Below, piece after piece: positions 11,343 to 24,773 of a stretch of DNA of 64,000 bases. This DNA is from a bacterium. Its GTDB lineage: Bacteria; Desulfobacterota; DSWW01. The position numbers and the translations under genes are program-made. Below the pieces are notes generated by a model. The model saw nothing but the letters and a program-made list of their open reading frames with translations, had not been told where the DNA came from and made no database searches. The stretch lies in assembly GCA_040756235.1 (NCBI GenBank), contig JBFLZG010000130.1, positions 57,905 through 121,904 of the forward strand. The letters run 5' to 3'. The stretch's first letter is position 1; each line of letters begins with the position of its first letter.

Positions 11343-12653
11343 TCATCTGAAGAACTGTTCCAGGTGCAGCACCCGCAAGACATCGTTGTAGGAGACGACC
11401 AGGATGAAGATGAGCAGAACGACGAAACCCACCTGCTGGGCGGCTTCCCGGATCTTGATGTTGACGGGCCGTCTCAGCACGGCCTCCAGGGTCAGGAAGG
11501 CCACGTGGCCGCCGTCCAGGACCGGGATGGGCAGAAGGTTCAGGATGCCGAGCTGAAGGCTCAGAAACGCGACGAAGCTGATCAGGCTGGAAAGCCCGAT
11601 GCGGGCCGCGTCCCCGGTCATCTTCGCGATGAGAATGGGCCCGCCGAGGGTCTTGATCGAAAGGCCGCCCGTGAACAGCTTCCCCAGAACGTAGAAAGTG
11701 AGCAGAAAGGACTGGTAGACATCCGCGAATCCGCTCTGTACGGCCCTCCAGAGGCCGTAGCGTTTGAACACAGTGTCTTCCTGCTGGGCAATGCCCAACA
11801 CCCCTGTCTGGCTGTCCGGCTCGCGCATGGGCGTCAGACTCATGGTGAGGGTCTCCTGCCCCCTCTGAAACGAGAGGAGCAGGGGCTCTTCCGGGTGGGC
11901 CCGAATGATGCCGGCCATCTGCACCCAGTGGACGACCGGCTCCCCATTGATGGAGAGAACGCGGTCCCCCTGCTGCAGACCGGCCTTCTCGGCCGGCGTG
12001 CCGGGGCTGACCGAGCCGATGACGGGAGGCATATCGGCCATGAGGCCCGAGTAACCCCCGCTCGAACCCGCGGACTCCGGCGTGACTTGGAGCTCCCGGG
12101 GCGTATCGTCGCGCAGGACCGAGACGGAAAGGGCGCGATCGGGGTTGGAGGCAAACAGGATCTTCGCCTGTTCCCAGGTGCGTACCGGCTCTCCCTGGAT
12201 CGCCTCGACCAGGTCGCCTCGCTGGAATCCGGCCCGGGCGGCCGGCGAGCCTTCCTCGACCCAGCCCACGCGGGGAGGCTCCTCCAGGTAAGCGGGCTGG
12301 CGAATGCCGATGAGGTAAACCAGCGGCATGAGCAGAAAGGGAAGCGCGAGATTCATCAGAGGGCCGGCTATGACGATCTTCAGGCGGCTGAGCACCGTCT
12401 TCCTGGCGAAGGAGCCCTCGTGCGCGGCGGCCTCTTCCACCGGGTCCTCTCCGGTCATCTTCACGTAGCCTCCCAGAGGCACGGCCGAAATGCGGTAGTC
12501 GGTATCCCCTCTTTTCCATCCCGCCAGCCTCGGTCCGAACCCCAGGGAGAACACCTCCACCCGGACTCCCGAACGCTTGGCCATGATGAAGTGGCCGAAT
12601 TCGTGAACGAAAACCAGGAGCCCCAGGACGAGGATAAAAACCACAAGGGTCAT
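11343..12653 (-). CDS. rseP: RIP metalloprotease RseP (site-2 protease, two PDZ domains)
   Basis: HEFGH zinc motif, PLGGYVKM, NLLPIPVLDGGH. Confidence 0.96.
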   Translation of the reverse strand: MTLVVFILVLGLLVFVHEFGHFIMAKRSGVRVEVFSLGFGPRLAGWKRGDTDYRISAVPLGGYVKMTGEDPVEEAAAHEGSFARKTVLSRLKIVIAGPLMNLALPFLLMPLVYLIGIRQPAYLEEPPRVGWVEEGSPAARAGFQRGDLVEAIQGEPVRTWEQAKILFASNPDRALSVSVLRDDTPRELQVTPESAGSSGGYSGLMADMPPVIGSVSPGTPAEKAGLQQGDRVLSINGEPVVHWVQMAGIIRAHPEEPLLLSFQRGQETLTMSLTPMREPDSQTGVLGIAQQEDTVFKRYGLWRAVQSGFADVYQSFLLTFYVLGKLFTGGLSIKTLGGPILIAKMTGDAARIGLSSLISFVAFLSLQLGILNLLPIPVLDGGHVAFLTLEAVLRRPVNIKIREAAQQVGFVVLLIFILVVSYNDVLRVLHLEQFFR

Positions 12654-12747
12654 TTGTTGTTCCTCTCTTTAATGTTCCGCATCCTACGAAAAAATCCGTG
12701 CGCTGCCGACACGGGCTGGTAGCTCGTCCAGCGCCTTGTCATTGCCT

Positions 12748-13551
12748 TCAGGTCGCCTGCAATACAAGGGCCAAGTAGTACCCGACCGGGGCAGCCAGGA
12801 GAAGGCTGTCCAGGCGGTCCAGGATCCCGCCGTGGCCTGGCAGCAGGCTGCCGGAATCCTTTACCCCACAGCTTCTCTTGATTAGAGATTCGACCAGATC
12901 CCCGAGTTGCCCGGTCACGGCGATCGCCAGGGAGAAGAGGATCGTCTCGCCCACGGATATTTGCATGGAGAACAGATACTTGCAAAGGAGCATGGCGATT
13001 ACGGAGCCCAGCACGCCGCCGGCCGCGCCTTCCACGGTCTTCTTGGGGCTCAGGCGCGGCGAGAGCCGGGTCCTGCCCACGGAGGAGCCCACGAGGTAAG
13101 CGACCCCGTCTCCGAGGTACGTGACGGCCAGAATGGAAAAGATCCAGGGTTTCCAGCTCACCAGGTCCCGCAGCAGGATGAAGTGCGACATGCACAGGCC
13201 GATGTAGAGCACGCCGAAGAAGGAGCCCATGAGACCCTCGAAACGGGCCTTCAGGTCGTCTCCGCCGTGGAGGGACCGTACCGACAGGAGCAGGACAGGG
13301 AGGAACAGGGACCCGACCATACAGGTGGGCCGCCCCGTGTAGAATGCGATCGGCACCAGGGAGGTCAGAAGCATGGCGAGCAGGCGATCCCACCGGTTCT
13401 GCCCGGCTGCGGTCAGCATCGAGTATTCCCACGAGGCGGCCAGAACGATCAGGACGACGACGCCGCAGATGACGGCCGGGGGGGACTGGAGGATGAGGAA
13501 GACGAAAAGCGCGATCAGCACCCCTGCCGTCAGGAGGCGCTTGCGGAGCAC
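12748..13551 (-). CDS. cdsA: Phosphatidate cytidylyltransferase
   Basis: SPKKTVEG, GDLVESLIKRSCGVKDSGSLLPGHGGILDRLDS; GTG start at 13551 inferred. Confidence 0.94.
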   Translation of the reverse strand: MLRKRLLTAGVLIALFVFLILQSPPAVICGVVVLIVLAASWEYSMLTAAGQNRWDRLLAMLLTSLVPIAFYTGRPTCMVGSLFLPVLLLSVRSLHGGDDLKARFEGLMGSFFGVLYIGLCMSHFILLRDLVSWKPWIFSILAVTYLGDGVAYLVGSSVGRTRLSPRLSPKKTVEGAAGGVLGSVIAMLLCKYLFSMQISVGETILFSLAIAVTGQLGDLVESLIKRSCGVKDSGSLLPGHGGILDRLDSLLLAAPVGYYLALVLQAT

Positions 13552-13592
13552 GGAACGTGCGGAGCCGGATTGGGTGGAGGGGGCGGGTTGAC

Positions 13593-14150
13593 TCACTTCT
13601 CGAGGATTTCCTTCTGCTTGGCCTCGAGGATCTGGTCGATGTGCTCGATCTGCCCGTCCGTGATCTTCTGCACCTCGTCTGCGGCTCGGTGGAGGTCGTC
13701 TTCGCTGAGCTTCTTGTCTTTTTCCAGCTTCTTGAGCGAGTCGTTCGCCTCCCGCCGGACGTTGCGGATCGTCACCTTGCATTCTTCGGCCATCTTCTTG
13801 ACGACCTTGACCAATTCCTTGCGGCGATCTTCCGTGAGCGGCGGGATGGCAATGCGGATGACTTTGCCGTCATTGGAGGGCGACAGCCCCAGGTTGGCCT
13901 TCTGGATCGCCTTCTCGATGGCTTCGATGGTGTTCTTGTCCCAGGGCTGGATGGTGATCAGCCGGCTCTCCGGGATGGCGATGGATGCGGTCTGCTGGAT
14001 CGGGGTGGGCGTTCCGTAGTAGTCGACGCGTATGCCCTCGAGCAGAGCCGGCGAGGCGCGACCGGTGCGCAGCCGGTTGAGCTCCTTCTGGTAGGCAAGG
14101 ATGCCTTTTTCCATCTTGGCCTTCATGGCCTGCAGCACTTCATCTTTCAT
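13593..14150 (-). CDS. frr: Ribosome recycling factor
   Basis: [25 protein letters not shown]. Confidence 0.97.
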   Translation of the reverse strand: MKDEVLQAMKAKMEKGILAYQKELNRLRTGRASPALLEGIRVDYYGTPTPIQQTASIAIPESRLITIQPWDKNTIEAIEKAIQKANLGLSPSNDGKVIRIAIPPLTEDRRKELVKVVKKMAEECKVTIRNVRREANDSLKKLEKDKKLSEDDLHRAADEVQKITDGQIEHIDQILEAKQKEILEK

Positions 14151-14881
14151 CGAGATTCCTCCTCCCGAGAGGTCACGGTGGAGCCGATCGGTTCTCCCAT
14201 GACAACGCCCCGAATGTTGCCTTTCTTGCGGACGTTGAACACGATCACCGGGAGCTGATTGTCCATGCAGAGCGAGACGGCCGCCGCGTCCATCACCTTG
14301 AGCCCCTTCTTCAGCACGTCCAGGTAGGAAAGCCTGGGGTACAGCGTAGCCGAAGGATCCAGGACGGGATCCGCGCTGTAGACGCCGTCCACCTTGGTGC
14401 CCTTGAGGATGACTTGGGCGCGGATCTCCGCGGCCCTGAGCACGGCCGCGGTGTCGGTCGTGAAGAAGGGGTTGCCGGTGCCGCCTGCGAGCAGGATCAC
14501 GCGGCCTTTCTCGAGGTGCCGGATCGCCCTGCGGCGGATGTACGGCTCCGCGATCTGCCTCATCTCCAGCGCGGTCATCACGCGGGTTGCGACCCCGAGC
14601 TTCTCCAGCCCGTCCTGGAGGGCCAGGGCGTTCATGACCGTCGCCAGCATGCCGATGTAATCCGCGGTGGCGCGGTCCATTCCCCGGGTGCTGGCAGCCA
14701 GCCCCCGAAAAATATTGCCGCCCCCCACCACGAGAGCCACTTGTACGCCCAGCTCCCAGACGGCCCGGACCTCTTCCGCCATCTCCAGAATGGCCTCAGG
14801 GTCCGTGCCGTAGGGCCGCTGGCCGGCAAGCACCTCTCCGCTCAGCTTCAGTAGAATCCGCGAATATGCAGCCTGCTGCAT
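14147..14881 (-). CDS. pyrH: UMP kinase
   Basis: [25 protein letters not shown]. Confidence 0.97.
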   Translation of the reverse strand: MQQAAYSRILLKLSGEVLAGQRPYGTDPEAILEMAEEVRAVWELGVQVALVVGGGNIFRGLAASTRGMDRATADYIGMLATVMNALALQDGLEKLGVATRVMTALEMRQIAEPYIRRRAIRHLEKGRVILLAGGTGNPFFTTDTAAVLRAAEIRAQVILKGTKVDGVYSADPVLDPSATLYPRLSYLDVLKKGLKVMDAAAVSLCMDNQLPVIVFNVRKKGNIRGVVMGEPIGSTVTSREEESR

Positions 14882-14946
14882 GAAGCTCCTCGCCTGCCTG
14901 CCGGCGCCTCGGGCAACGCCTGAACGAGGCTCGGAAGGCCGTCCGA

Positions 14947-15546
14947 TCAGAGCTCCTCGCCCAGTTGGAAGCGCACGAACCTGCGGACCTGGACGTTTTC
15001 CCCGAGAATGGCGATCACGGACTCGACCAGCTGACGGACGGTCATCTGGGGGTCCTTCACGTAAGGCTGGTCGAACAGGCAGTTGTCGGTGATGAACTTC
15101 TTGAACCTTCCCTCGACCATCTTCTCGATGACCGCGTCCGGCTTGCCGCTCTCCCGGGCCTGGGCGCGCAGGATCTCCTTCTCCTTTTCGGCCACTTCAG
15201 GCGGGATCTCATCGGCGTTCAGAAAACGAGGGCTCGAGGCCGCCACCTGCATCGAGAGATTCCTGCAAAGCTCCTTGAACTGGTCCGTCCGCGCGACGAA
15301 GTCGGTCTCACAGTTGACCTCTACCAGAACCCCGATCTTGCTGTTGCTGTGGATGTAGGAGCCGATCAAACCTTCGGAAGTGGCTCGGCCCGCCCGCTTC
15401 TTGGCATCCGCGAGGCCCTTTTTCCTGAGGTGTTCCACGGCTTCCTGCAGACTTCCCCGGGTGGCGGCGAGGGCCTCTTTGCAGTCCAGGATGCCGGCTC
15501 CGGTCTTCTCGCGCAGTTCCTTCACAAGCGCGGCTGATATCTCCAT
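14947..15546 (-). CDS. tsf: Elongation factor Ts (short form)
   Basis: [19 protein letters not shown]; 199 aa short-type EF-Ts. Confidence 0.97.
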   Translation of the reverse strand: MEISAALVKELREKTGAGILDCKEALAATRGSLQEAVEHLRKKGLADAKKRAGRATSEGLIGSYIHSNSKIGVLVEVNCETDFVARTDQFKELCRNLSMQVAASSPRFLNADEIPPEVAEKEKEILRAQARESGKPDAVIEKMVEGRFKKFITDNCLFDQPYVKDPQMTVRQLVESVIAILGENVQVRRFVRFQLGEEL

Positions 15547-15604
15547 GGTTCGATCTCCCTATGAGGTGTCTCCGTTCGGTTGTAGTGATCTCGTCAGGGG
15601 GGGC

Positions 15605-16426
15605 TCATTCGGTGGGGAGGGACTCTCTGTCGACCGGCTCTTCTTCCGGAAGGTCTCTCTTGTGGATGACTTCCACCGTCCTCTCCACCCCCTTGCCGGC
15701 GATAACCTTCTTGACCGGTTCTTCTGCGCGGGCGGATTTCTCGAACAACTGAGCGCCTTCCAGAATCGCGTCCGCCATGCGGCTGGCGAACAGACGGATC
15801 GCACGAATGGCGTCGTCGTTGGAGGGGATGACGTGGATGACGTCGTCGGGATCGCTGTTGGTGTCCACCAGGGCCACGCTGGGCACGCCCAGGATCTTGG
15901 CCTCCCGGAGAGCGATCCGCTCCCGCTTGGCGTCGATGACGAACATGGCGCCCGGAACGCGGTCCATCTCCTTGATTCCCCCGAGGGACCGTTCCAGCTT
16001 GACTCTCTCCTTTTCGAGTTGGAGAGCTTCCTTCTTGGGCAGAGCTTCGTAATAGCCGCGGTCCTTCATCGCCTCGAAGCGCTTCAGGCGCTCGACGCTC
16101 TGCTTGATGGTTTTGAAATTCGTCAGGGTTCCTCCGAGCCAGCGGTAGTTCACGAAGAACTGTCCGCAACGGTTCGCCTCCTCACGCACGATGTCCTGGG
16201 CTTGCCGTTTGGTGCCGACGAAGAGCACGGATCGCCCCGAGGCCCGCACGTTGCGGAGGAACTCATAAGCGGTGTTGAACAGCTTGAGCGTCTCCTGAAG
16301 GTTGATGATGTAAATGCCGTTGCGGGCCCCGTAGATGTAGGGCTTCATCTTCGGGTTCCAGCGCCGGGTCTGGTGGCCGAAGTGAGCGCCGGCCTCCAGA
16401 AGCTCTTTCATTGTCATGTAGCCCAT
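15605..16426 (-). CDS. rpsB: 30S ribosomal protein S2
   Basis: [46 protein letters not shown] before ATG 16426. Confidence 0.98.
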   Translation of the reverse strand: MGYMTMKELLEAGAHFGHQTRRWNPKMKPYIYGARNGIYIINLQETLKLFNTAYEFLRNVRASGRSVLFVGTKRQAQDIVREEANRCGQFFVNYRWLGGTLTNFKTIKQSVERLKRFEAMKDRGYYEALPKKEALQLEKERVKLERSLGGIKEMDRVPGAMFVIDAKRERIALREAKILGVPSVALVDTNSDPDDVIHVIPSNDDAIRAIRLFASRMADAILEGAQLFEKSARAEEPVKKVIAGKGVERTVEVIHKRDLPEEEPVDRESLPTE

Positions 16427-16444
16427 GAGCACTCCTTTCATCGA

Positions 16445-16535
16445 TCGTTTGTTCTTCCTCCTCCCTTCGTCTCCCTTCGGGACGCCGTACGACACGTGCG
16501 CAACACCCTCGGGATCCGGGAGGAGTGCTTCATTC
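16445..16535 (-). promoter_or_regulatory. Putative rpsB (S2) autoregulatory leader RNA
   Basis: The 5' UTR has CUCCUCCC pairing with GGGAGGAG, an internal GGGUG and an inner hairpin, the layout of bacterial S2 leaders; TTGCGC-17-TATCTA promoter just upstream. Confidence 0.55.
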
Positions 16536-16625
16536 CAAACCCATAATAGATACCATGTAGAACGGAAAAGCGCAACGGGAGCGCGAAAGTTCAGCCAGCG
16601 CCGGCACGCGCAACCCCTCCGTCCT

Positions 16626-17873
16626 TCAGGTGCGGTAGGAGGCGTTCAGGGTCACGTAGGCGTGGCTGAGATCGGTCGTCAGGACCGTGTGGGCCCCCTT
16701 GCCGGCGTGCAGGTCGATGCAGAGCGCGAAACGGTCTTTGCGGAGAATCGGCCTTGCCCGTTCCTCTGCCTTCCGGCCCGCCGAGACGCCCTTGCGGACG
16801 ACTGCCCGACCGTCGTAGGAAATGTCCACGAGCCCCGGTCTGAAGGCGGGGCCCGCACATCCCAAGGCCACCATCAGCCGCCCCCAGTTCAGGTCCTGCC
16901 CATAAAAGCTCGTCTTCACGAGGGGCGAGCCGGCCAGCTTGTAGGCAAGCACTCTGGCTTCATGTGCCGACCGGGCTCCCTGGACCCGGATCTCCACCAG
17001 CTTGGTTGCTCCTTCTCCGTCCTTCACGATCATGCCGGCGAGCTCTTCCATCATCGGGAAGAGGAGCTCGGCGAAGGCGTCGTATGCGCGCGTGCCGATG
17101 GCGGCCGCTCGATGGCCGGCGCGCCCGTTGGCCAGGAGGAGCAGGGTGTCGTTCGTGCTCGCGTCGCCGTCCACGTCGATCCGGTTGAAGGAGCGCGCCG
17201 CGCCCGTCCGGAGCAGCTTCCGGAGCGCTGCCGCGGGGGCGTTCAGGTCGGTCAGGAAGAAGGCGAGCATGGTGGCCATGTTCGGACAGATCATGCCCGC
17301 CCCTTTGGCCATTCCGAAGAGCGTGACCGTCTCGCCTCCGATCACGGACTGTCTCCAGGCGAGCTTGGGGAAGGCATCGGTCGTCCGGATCGCCTCGGCC
17401 GCATCGAGCAGGCCGTCCGCCCGCAGACTGCGGACGAGCGCGGGCAGGGCCTTGCGGATGTTGGCCGCAGGCAGCCTCTCGCCCACCACGCCGGTGGAGG
17501 CGACGAGGAGGCTCTCTTCTTCGATTCCCAGCCTTCCGGCCAGGGCCTGGCTCAGGGCCAGAGCGTCCCGGAGGCCCGGCTCGCCCGTGCAGGCATTGGC
17601 GTTGCCGCTGTTCACGAGCACCGCCTGGCACAGGCCGCAACGGATCCGGGACCGGCTGATGACGACCGGGGCCGCCTGCACCCGGTTCTGCGTGAACAGG
17701 CCCGCAACCCGGGCCGGAGGGTCGGCCGTCACCAGGACCAGATCTCTTGCCCCGTTCTTCTTGATGCCTGCGTGAATGCCTGCAGCCCGGAAGCCCGGGA
17801 CCAGGATCGAGTCGGGCTTGGGAGCTGCGCCAGGCCCGACGGCGGATTTCCTCTTGTGCTCAGCCACTGTCAT
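16626..17873 (-). CDS. argJ: Bifunctional ornithine acetyltransferase/N-acetylglutamate synthase
   Basis: [16 protein letters not shown], autocleavage site [21 protein letters not shown]. Confidence 0.96.
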   Translation of the reverse strand: MTVAEHKRKSAVGPGAAPKPDSILVPGFRAAGIHAGIKKNGARDLVLVTADPPARVAGLFTQNRVQAAPVVISRSRIRCGLCQAVLVNSGNANACTGEPGLRDALALSQALAGRLGIEEESLLVASTGVVGERLPAANIRKALPALVRSLRADGLLDAAEAIRTTDAFPKLAWRQSVIGGETVTLFGMAKGAGMICPNMATMLAFFLTDLNAPAAALRKLLRTGAARSFNRIDVDGDASTNDTLLLLANGRAGHRAAAIGTRAYDAFAELLFPMMEELAGMIVKDGEGATKLVEIRVQGARSAHEARVLAYKLAGSPLVKTSFYGQDLNWGRLMVALGCAGPAFRPGLVDISYDGRAVVRKGVSAGRKAEERARPILRKDRFALCIDLHAGKGAHTVLTTDLSHAYVTLNASYRT

Positions 17874-17905
17874 TTCCCCCTGGAGAAGCTGGCGATAGAC
17901 TGTGC

Positions 17906-17947
17906 TCTGCGGCGTTGCGCTCCCCGGCCTGCGCCGGGGCAGGCTCC
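17906..17947. repeat. Partial copy of the modular repeat with its internal cassette inverted
   Basis: TCTGCGGCGTTGCGCTC followed by CCCGGCCTGCGCCGGGGCAGGCTC, the reverse complement of the cassette in the 21.7 and 45.1 kb copies. Confidence 0.75.
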
Positions 17948-17959
17948 CCCGGCCCTCCC

Positions 17960-20944
<2,985 letters not shown>

Positions 20945-20993
20945 GCAACAGCCCCTCAGAATGCCTTGCTAAGTAATCGGATAAGCTGAATAA

Positions 20994-21022
20994 ATCTTAT
21001 CCCGCCAGGAACGGGCCGTCAA
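20994..21022 (-). promoter_or_regulatory. Putative sigma70 promoter of secA
   Basis: TTGACG-17 nt-TAAGAT on the minus strand. Confidence 0.6.
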
Positions 21023-21158
21023 CCTCCGCGGCCCGGCCTCGCGGGCCGGCGCAGCCCGCCGGGCAGAGCAGACCGGCGCAGGCGGCCAAGCAGAGCCCGA
21101 GACAGCGACGGGGAAGCGGCCCGCACACGGCACGCCGGCGAGTTCCAGGGGACCTCTG

Positions 21159-21650
21159 TCAGCGGTCCCCCCGACTGCGCTTCAGGTCCGGGCCCGAGTG
21201 GAGATCGATCCAGAGGGACTGCTCCTTGCAGTCCGGAAAATGGATGCAGTGGATGCAATCGGTCCAGATCTTGTGGGGCAGCATGGCCTTGTCGACGGGC
21301 ACGAATCCCAGCTTCTGGAAGAATGCGGTGTTGAACGTGAGCACGAAGACGCGGTCGATCCCGAGCTCCCGCCCCTCCTCGAGGCAGCGGCCGACGAGCT
21401 GGCGGCCGATTCCTCTCCGGCGAGCTTCGTCCCGGACAAAGAGAGACCGGATCTCTCCCAGGCTTTCCCACGTGGGGTGGAGCGCGCAGAACCCGATGAT
21501 CCGGTCTTCCCCCTCCTCGCAGACCTGAAAGTCCCGGATGGAGTCGTAGAGCTCGCTCAAGGAGCGGGGCAGCAGCTCGCCCTTGCGGGCCGACCCCTCC
21601 AGCATCTTTTGAATCCTGTGGACCTCGGCCATCCTGGCCTTACGGATCAT
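21159..21650 (-). CDS. GNAT N-acetyltransferase, short ArgA-like (N-acetylglutamate synthase type)
   Basis: LLPRSLSELY, EIRSL, RRRGIG, LPHKIWTDC; near argJ. Confidence 0.85.
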   Translation of the reverse strand: MIRKARMAEVHRIQKMLEGSARKGELLPRSLSELYDSIRDFQVCEEGEDRIIGFCALHPTWESLGEIRSLFVRDEARRRGIGRQLVGRCLEEGRELGIDRVFVLTFNTAFFQKLGFVPVDKAMLPHKIWTDCIHCIHFPDCKEQSLWIDLHSGPDLKRSRGDR

Positions 21651-21674
21651 ATCGCGGCTCCTTGCCTGCTACGC

Positions 21675-21884
21675 CAGAGGCTGTCCCAAAACGCCCATCT
21701 GCGGCGTTGCGCTCATCGCGTAAGGAGGCGCGTGGAGCCTGCCCCGGCGCAGGCCGGGGTCTCGTGTGGCCCCAGTTACGCCTCGTTCCTCAGGATTTGT
21801 CCTCCCAAGGGTCGGACACCCCATCCTTCGGATGGGTCCCCATTTTCGTGCGCCTTGCATCCGGGCATTTTTGCACAGCCTCTG
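21675..21884. mobile_element. MITE-like element (~210 bp) with terminal inverted repeats
   Basis: TIRs CAGAGGCTGTCCCAAAA / TTTTGCACAGCCTCTG; internal blocks shared with 45073-45324. Confidence 0.8.
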
Positions 21885-23622
21885 AAATCGAGCCTGTTGG
21901 GACAGGCTCTACGCTGGCTCCTCGCTCCAGCATCTCCCGGGCGTGGGCGTAAGTCTTCCGGGTCATTTGGATGCCGCCCAGCATGCGGGCGATCTCTTCC
22001 TCCCGCTCTTTCTGGTCGAGCGGCTGGATGTGAAAGGAAGTCCGGTCCCTGGCGGTCTGCTTGGAGACCTTGAAATGCCGGTCTGCAAAGACGGCGATCT
22101 GCGGGAGGTGCGTGATGCAGAGAATCTGGAAATGGCGGCTCAACGCTTTCAGGCGCGACCCGACCGCCTCGGCTTCGGCGCCGCCGATGCCTGCGTCCAC
22201 CTCGTCAAAGACCAGCGTCGGCAGAGGGTCGAACCGGTGCAAGGCGTTCCTGAGGGCCAGCATGAGCCTGGACAGCTCGCCCCCGGAGGCGATCCGCTGG
22301 AGAGGCTTGAACGGCTGGCCGGGGTTGGTCCGGATGACGAACTCGATCTGGTCCAGCCCGTGGGGGGAGAGCCTCTCTCCTTGCAAGCGGAGCTGCTCTT
22401 CGCCTCCGGTGGTCGCCTCGGCGGACAGGGGGCGGAAATCCACGTGGAAGTCGACCTCCTTCATGCCGATGGCCCGAAGCTCCCGTTTCACTTCCGCCTC
22501 CATGGCCCTGGCCGTCTTCTTGCGCTCCGCCGAGAGGTTGCCGGCGGCTTTCAGCAGGGCCCCCTCCAGGCTGCGGATCCCTTCCGCCAGCGCCTTGCGC
22601 TCTCCTTCGAACTCTTCCAGCCGCTGGACCCTGGCGCGAAGGTCCTCGGCCAGGGCGAGCATTTCGTCGATCGAGGCCCGGTACTTTCTCTTGAGTTGAT
22701 AGAGCAGAGACAATCTCTCCTCGATCTGGTCCAGACGGAGCGGGTCGCCGTCCAGGCTCGACAGGTACTGCCGGAGGTTCTGAGAGGCCTCTTCCAGGCA
22801 GGGAATCGCCGTATCCAGGAGATCCGCGACAGAGGAGAGCTGGGGATCGACCTGCACCGCCTCCTGCATGCGCTTGCGCACCCGGCCGAGGCGGTCCGCC
22901 ACGGAGTCCGCGCCGCTGTAGAGCGCGGCTTCCGATTCCACGCAGGCCTCCTGCAGCCTTCCCGCGTGGACGAGCTTGCGGCGCTCCTGCTCCAGCTCTT
23001 CTTCCTCGCCCGGCCGCAGCTGCGCCCGGGCGATCTCCCGGAGCTGGAGCTCGGCCAGGTCCCGCTCCGCCAGGCTGCGCCTGTTCTCCTCTTCCCGCTC
23101 GGCCAGCGCTTTCCGCGCGGCGCACAGCCTGCGGACGAGCTCCGCCACCTGCTGCTGGAGCGCGAGCAGGCCTCCGAACTGGTCCACCAGCTCGCGGTGC
23201 CGCTGGATGCGCAGGAGGGACTGATGCTCGTGCTGGCCGTGAATGTCGACCAGGCGCTGCCCGAGCGATTCCAGGAAAGTGACCGTCGAAGGGCGGTCGT
23301 TCACGTGGATGCGGCTCTTCCCTGCCCGCGTGATCGAGCGCCGGATCACGAGCAGGTCTTCGAGCGGATAGCCCGCTTCCTGGAGCAGCCCCCGGACCCC
23401 GGGGATCTGGTCCGTCTCGAAGGCGGCCTCCACCTGCGCCTCCTCGGCGCCCGCGCAGATCCACTCCGCCCGCGCCCGCTCGCCCAGGGCCAGCTCGAGG
23501 GCCCCGACCAGCAGGCTCTTGCCCGCGCCCGTCTCGCCGGTCAGCACGCTGAAGCCGGGGCCGAGCTCGATCCGCGCCTGCTCGATGATGGCCAGGTTCC
23601 TGATGAACAGCTCACGCAGCAT
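21790..23622 (-). CDS. recN: DNA repair protein RecN (C-terminus reads into the MITE)
   Basis: LTGETGAGKS, HGQHEHQ, ASGGELSR, FDEVDAGIGG, ITHLPQIA. Confidence 0.97.
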   Translation of the reverse strand: MLRELFIRNLAIIEQARIELGPGFSVLTGETGAGKSLLVGALELALGERARAEWICAGAEEAQVEAAFETDQIPGVRGLLQEAGYPLEDLLVIRRSITRAGKSRIHVNDRPSTVTFLESLGQRLVDIHGQHEHQSLLRIQRHRELVDQFGGLLALQQQVAELVRRLCAARKALAEREEENRRSLAERDLAELQLREIARAQLRPGEEEELEQERRKLVHAGRLQEACVESEAALYSGADSVADRLGRVRKRMQEAVQVDPQLSSVADLLDTAIPCLEEASQNLRQYLSSLDGDPLRLDQIEERLSLLYQLKRKYRASIDEMLALAEDLRARVQRLEEFEGERKALAEGIRSLEGALLKAAGNLSAERKKTARAMEAEVKRELRAIGMKEVDFHVDFRPLSAEATTGGEEQLRLQGERLSPHGLDQIEFVIRTNPGQPFKPLQRIASGGELSRLMLALRNALHRFDPLPTLVFDEVDAGIGGAEAEAVGSRLKALSRHFQILCITHLPQIAVFADRHFKVSKQTARDRTSFHIQPLDQKEREEEIARMLGGIQMTRKTYAHAREMLERGASVEPVPTGSISEAVQKCPDARRTKMGTHPKDGVSDPWEDKS

Positions 23623-23641
23623 CCGGAAGGACCCTACCTCG

Positions 23642-24499
23642 CTACCGTTCGCCCCATTTCAGCTTGGTCCGGAGGACCTCAAAATAGCTCTTGAACGGGG
23701 ACCTGATGATGGGCACCGTATGCTCCGACCGCCCGACCGTGGCGGTGTCGCCTTCCAGGAACGTGAAGCCGACCTGGCCGTCCAGAGTGAGAAAGACGTC
23801 CCGGTGTTGGGAGCGCAATGTCACCCGGATCGTGGACTCCACGGGCAGGATGATGGGCCGATTGGTCAGCGTGTGCGGGCAGATCGGCGTGAGCAGGATC
23901 GAGGCCAGGGAAGGGTAGATGATCGGTCCCCCTGCCGACAGGGAGTAGGCGGTCGAGCCGGTGGGGGTGGAGACGATGAGCCCGTCCGCCTGGAAGGTGG
24001 TCAGGTAGACGCCGTCCACCATGACTTCCAGCGCGAAGATCCGCGCCAGAGCGCTCTTGTTGAAGACGACGTCGTTCAAGACCGAGTGTTCTGCGATGCA
24101 CTCGCCCGCGCGATGGATCCGCGCCTTCAGCATCATCCTGTGGTCGACGAGGTATTCACCGGCGAGGATCCGCTCCAGGGCCGGGTAGAGCTGCTCCAGG
24201 GCCACCTCGGTGAGGAACCCGAGTCCCCCCAGATTCACCCCCAGGATCGGCACGTCCCGGCCTCCGATCGTGCGCGCCACACTGAGGAGGGTGCCGTCCC
24301 CGCCCAGGACGATCAACATTTCCGTCTGGGCGGCCAGCTCGACCAGGGGAAGACGCGCCGCATGCCCGAGCCTCCTGCCGGTCTCGCTTTCCAGGGCCGG
24401 CCGCAGGCCGCGGGTCTGGAGCCAGCGCACAAGGGCGGCCAAGACCTCCGGAAGCTCACCGCCGGTTTTAGACTTGGCAACAATCCCGATTCGTTCCAT
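23642..24499 (-). CDS. nadK: NAD(+) kinase
   Basis: LGGDGT, GFL, ND, DGLIVSTPTGSTAYSLSAGGP; alternative start at 24520. Confidence 0.96.
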   Translation of the reverse strand: MERIGIVAKSKTGGELPEVLAALVRWLQTRGLRPALESETGRRLGHAARLPLVELAAQTEMLIVLGGDGTLLSVARTIGGRDVPILGVNLGGLGFLTEVALEQLYPALERILAGEYLVDHRMMLKARIHRAGECIAEHSVLNDVVFNKSALARIFALEVMVDGVYLTTFQADGLIVSTPTGSTAYSLSAGGPIIYPSLASILLTPICPHTLTNRPIILPVESTIRVTLRSQHRDVFLTLDGQVGFTFLEGDTATVGRSEHTVPIIRSPFKSYFEVLRTKLKWGER

Positions 24500-24773
24500 G
24501 TGTTCGTAGGTCCGTTCCATGCTCGCGAACGAAAGAAAACGAGTGAGTCAAAGGGCCATGTTCTAAATAACACACCGAACCAGTAGTGTCCATGGAGCCG
24601 GCGGTTGCGGCGCCCCGCGGCTTGCGGTACCCGAGGTTCTGCTCCAAGCGATCTAATCAAGATGCATGCCAAATCCTTTGCCCTCAATTGTAAGCCCGGG
24701 GAAAGCGTGCAAGAATGAGTTTGAGCCCGGGAGTCGGCGTTCCTCAACAGCTTTGGCAGGAAAGAACCTTCCG

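Noticed and set aside
17140..17180. ArgJ DGDASTND instead of DGDTSTND as inactivation
   Set aside because: The catalytic Thr is in the intact NMA/TML site.
24656..24672. Sigma54 promoter-like TTGGCATGCATCTTGA toward nadK
   Set aside because: The -12 dinucleotide is GA rather than GC; insufficient support.
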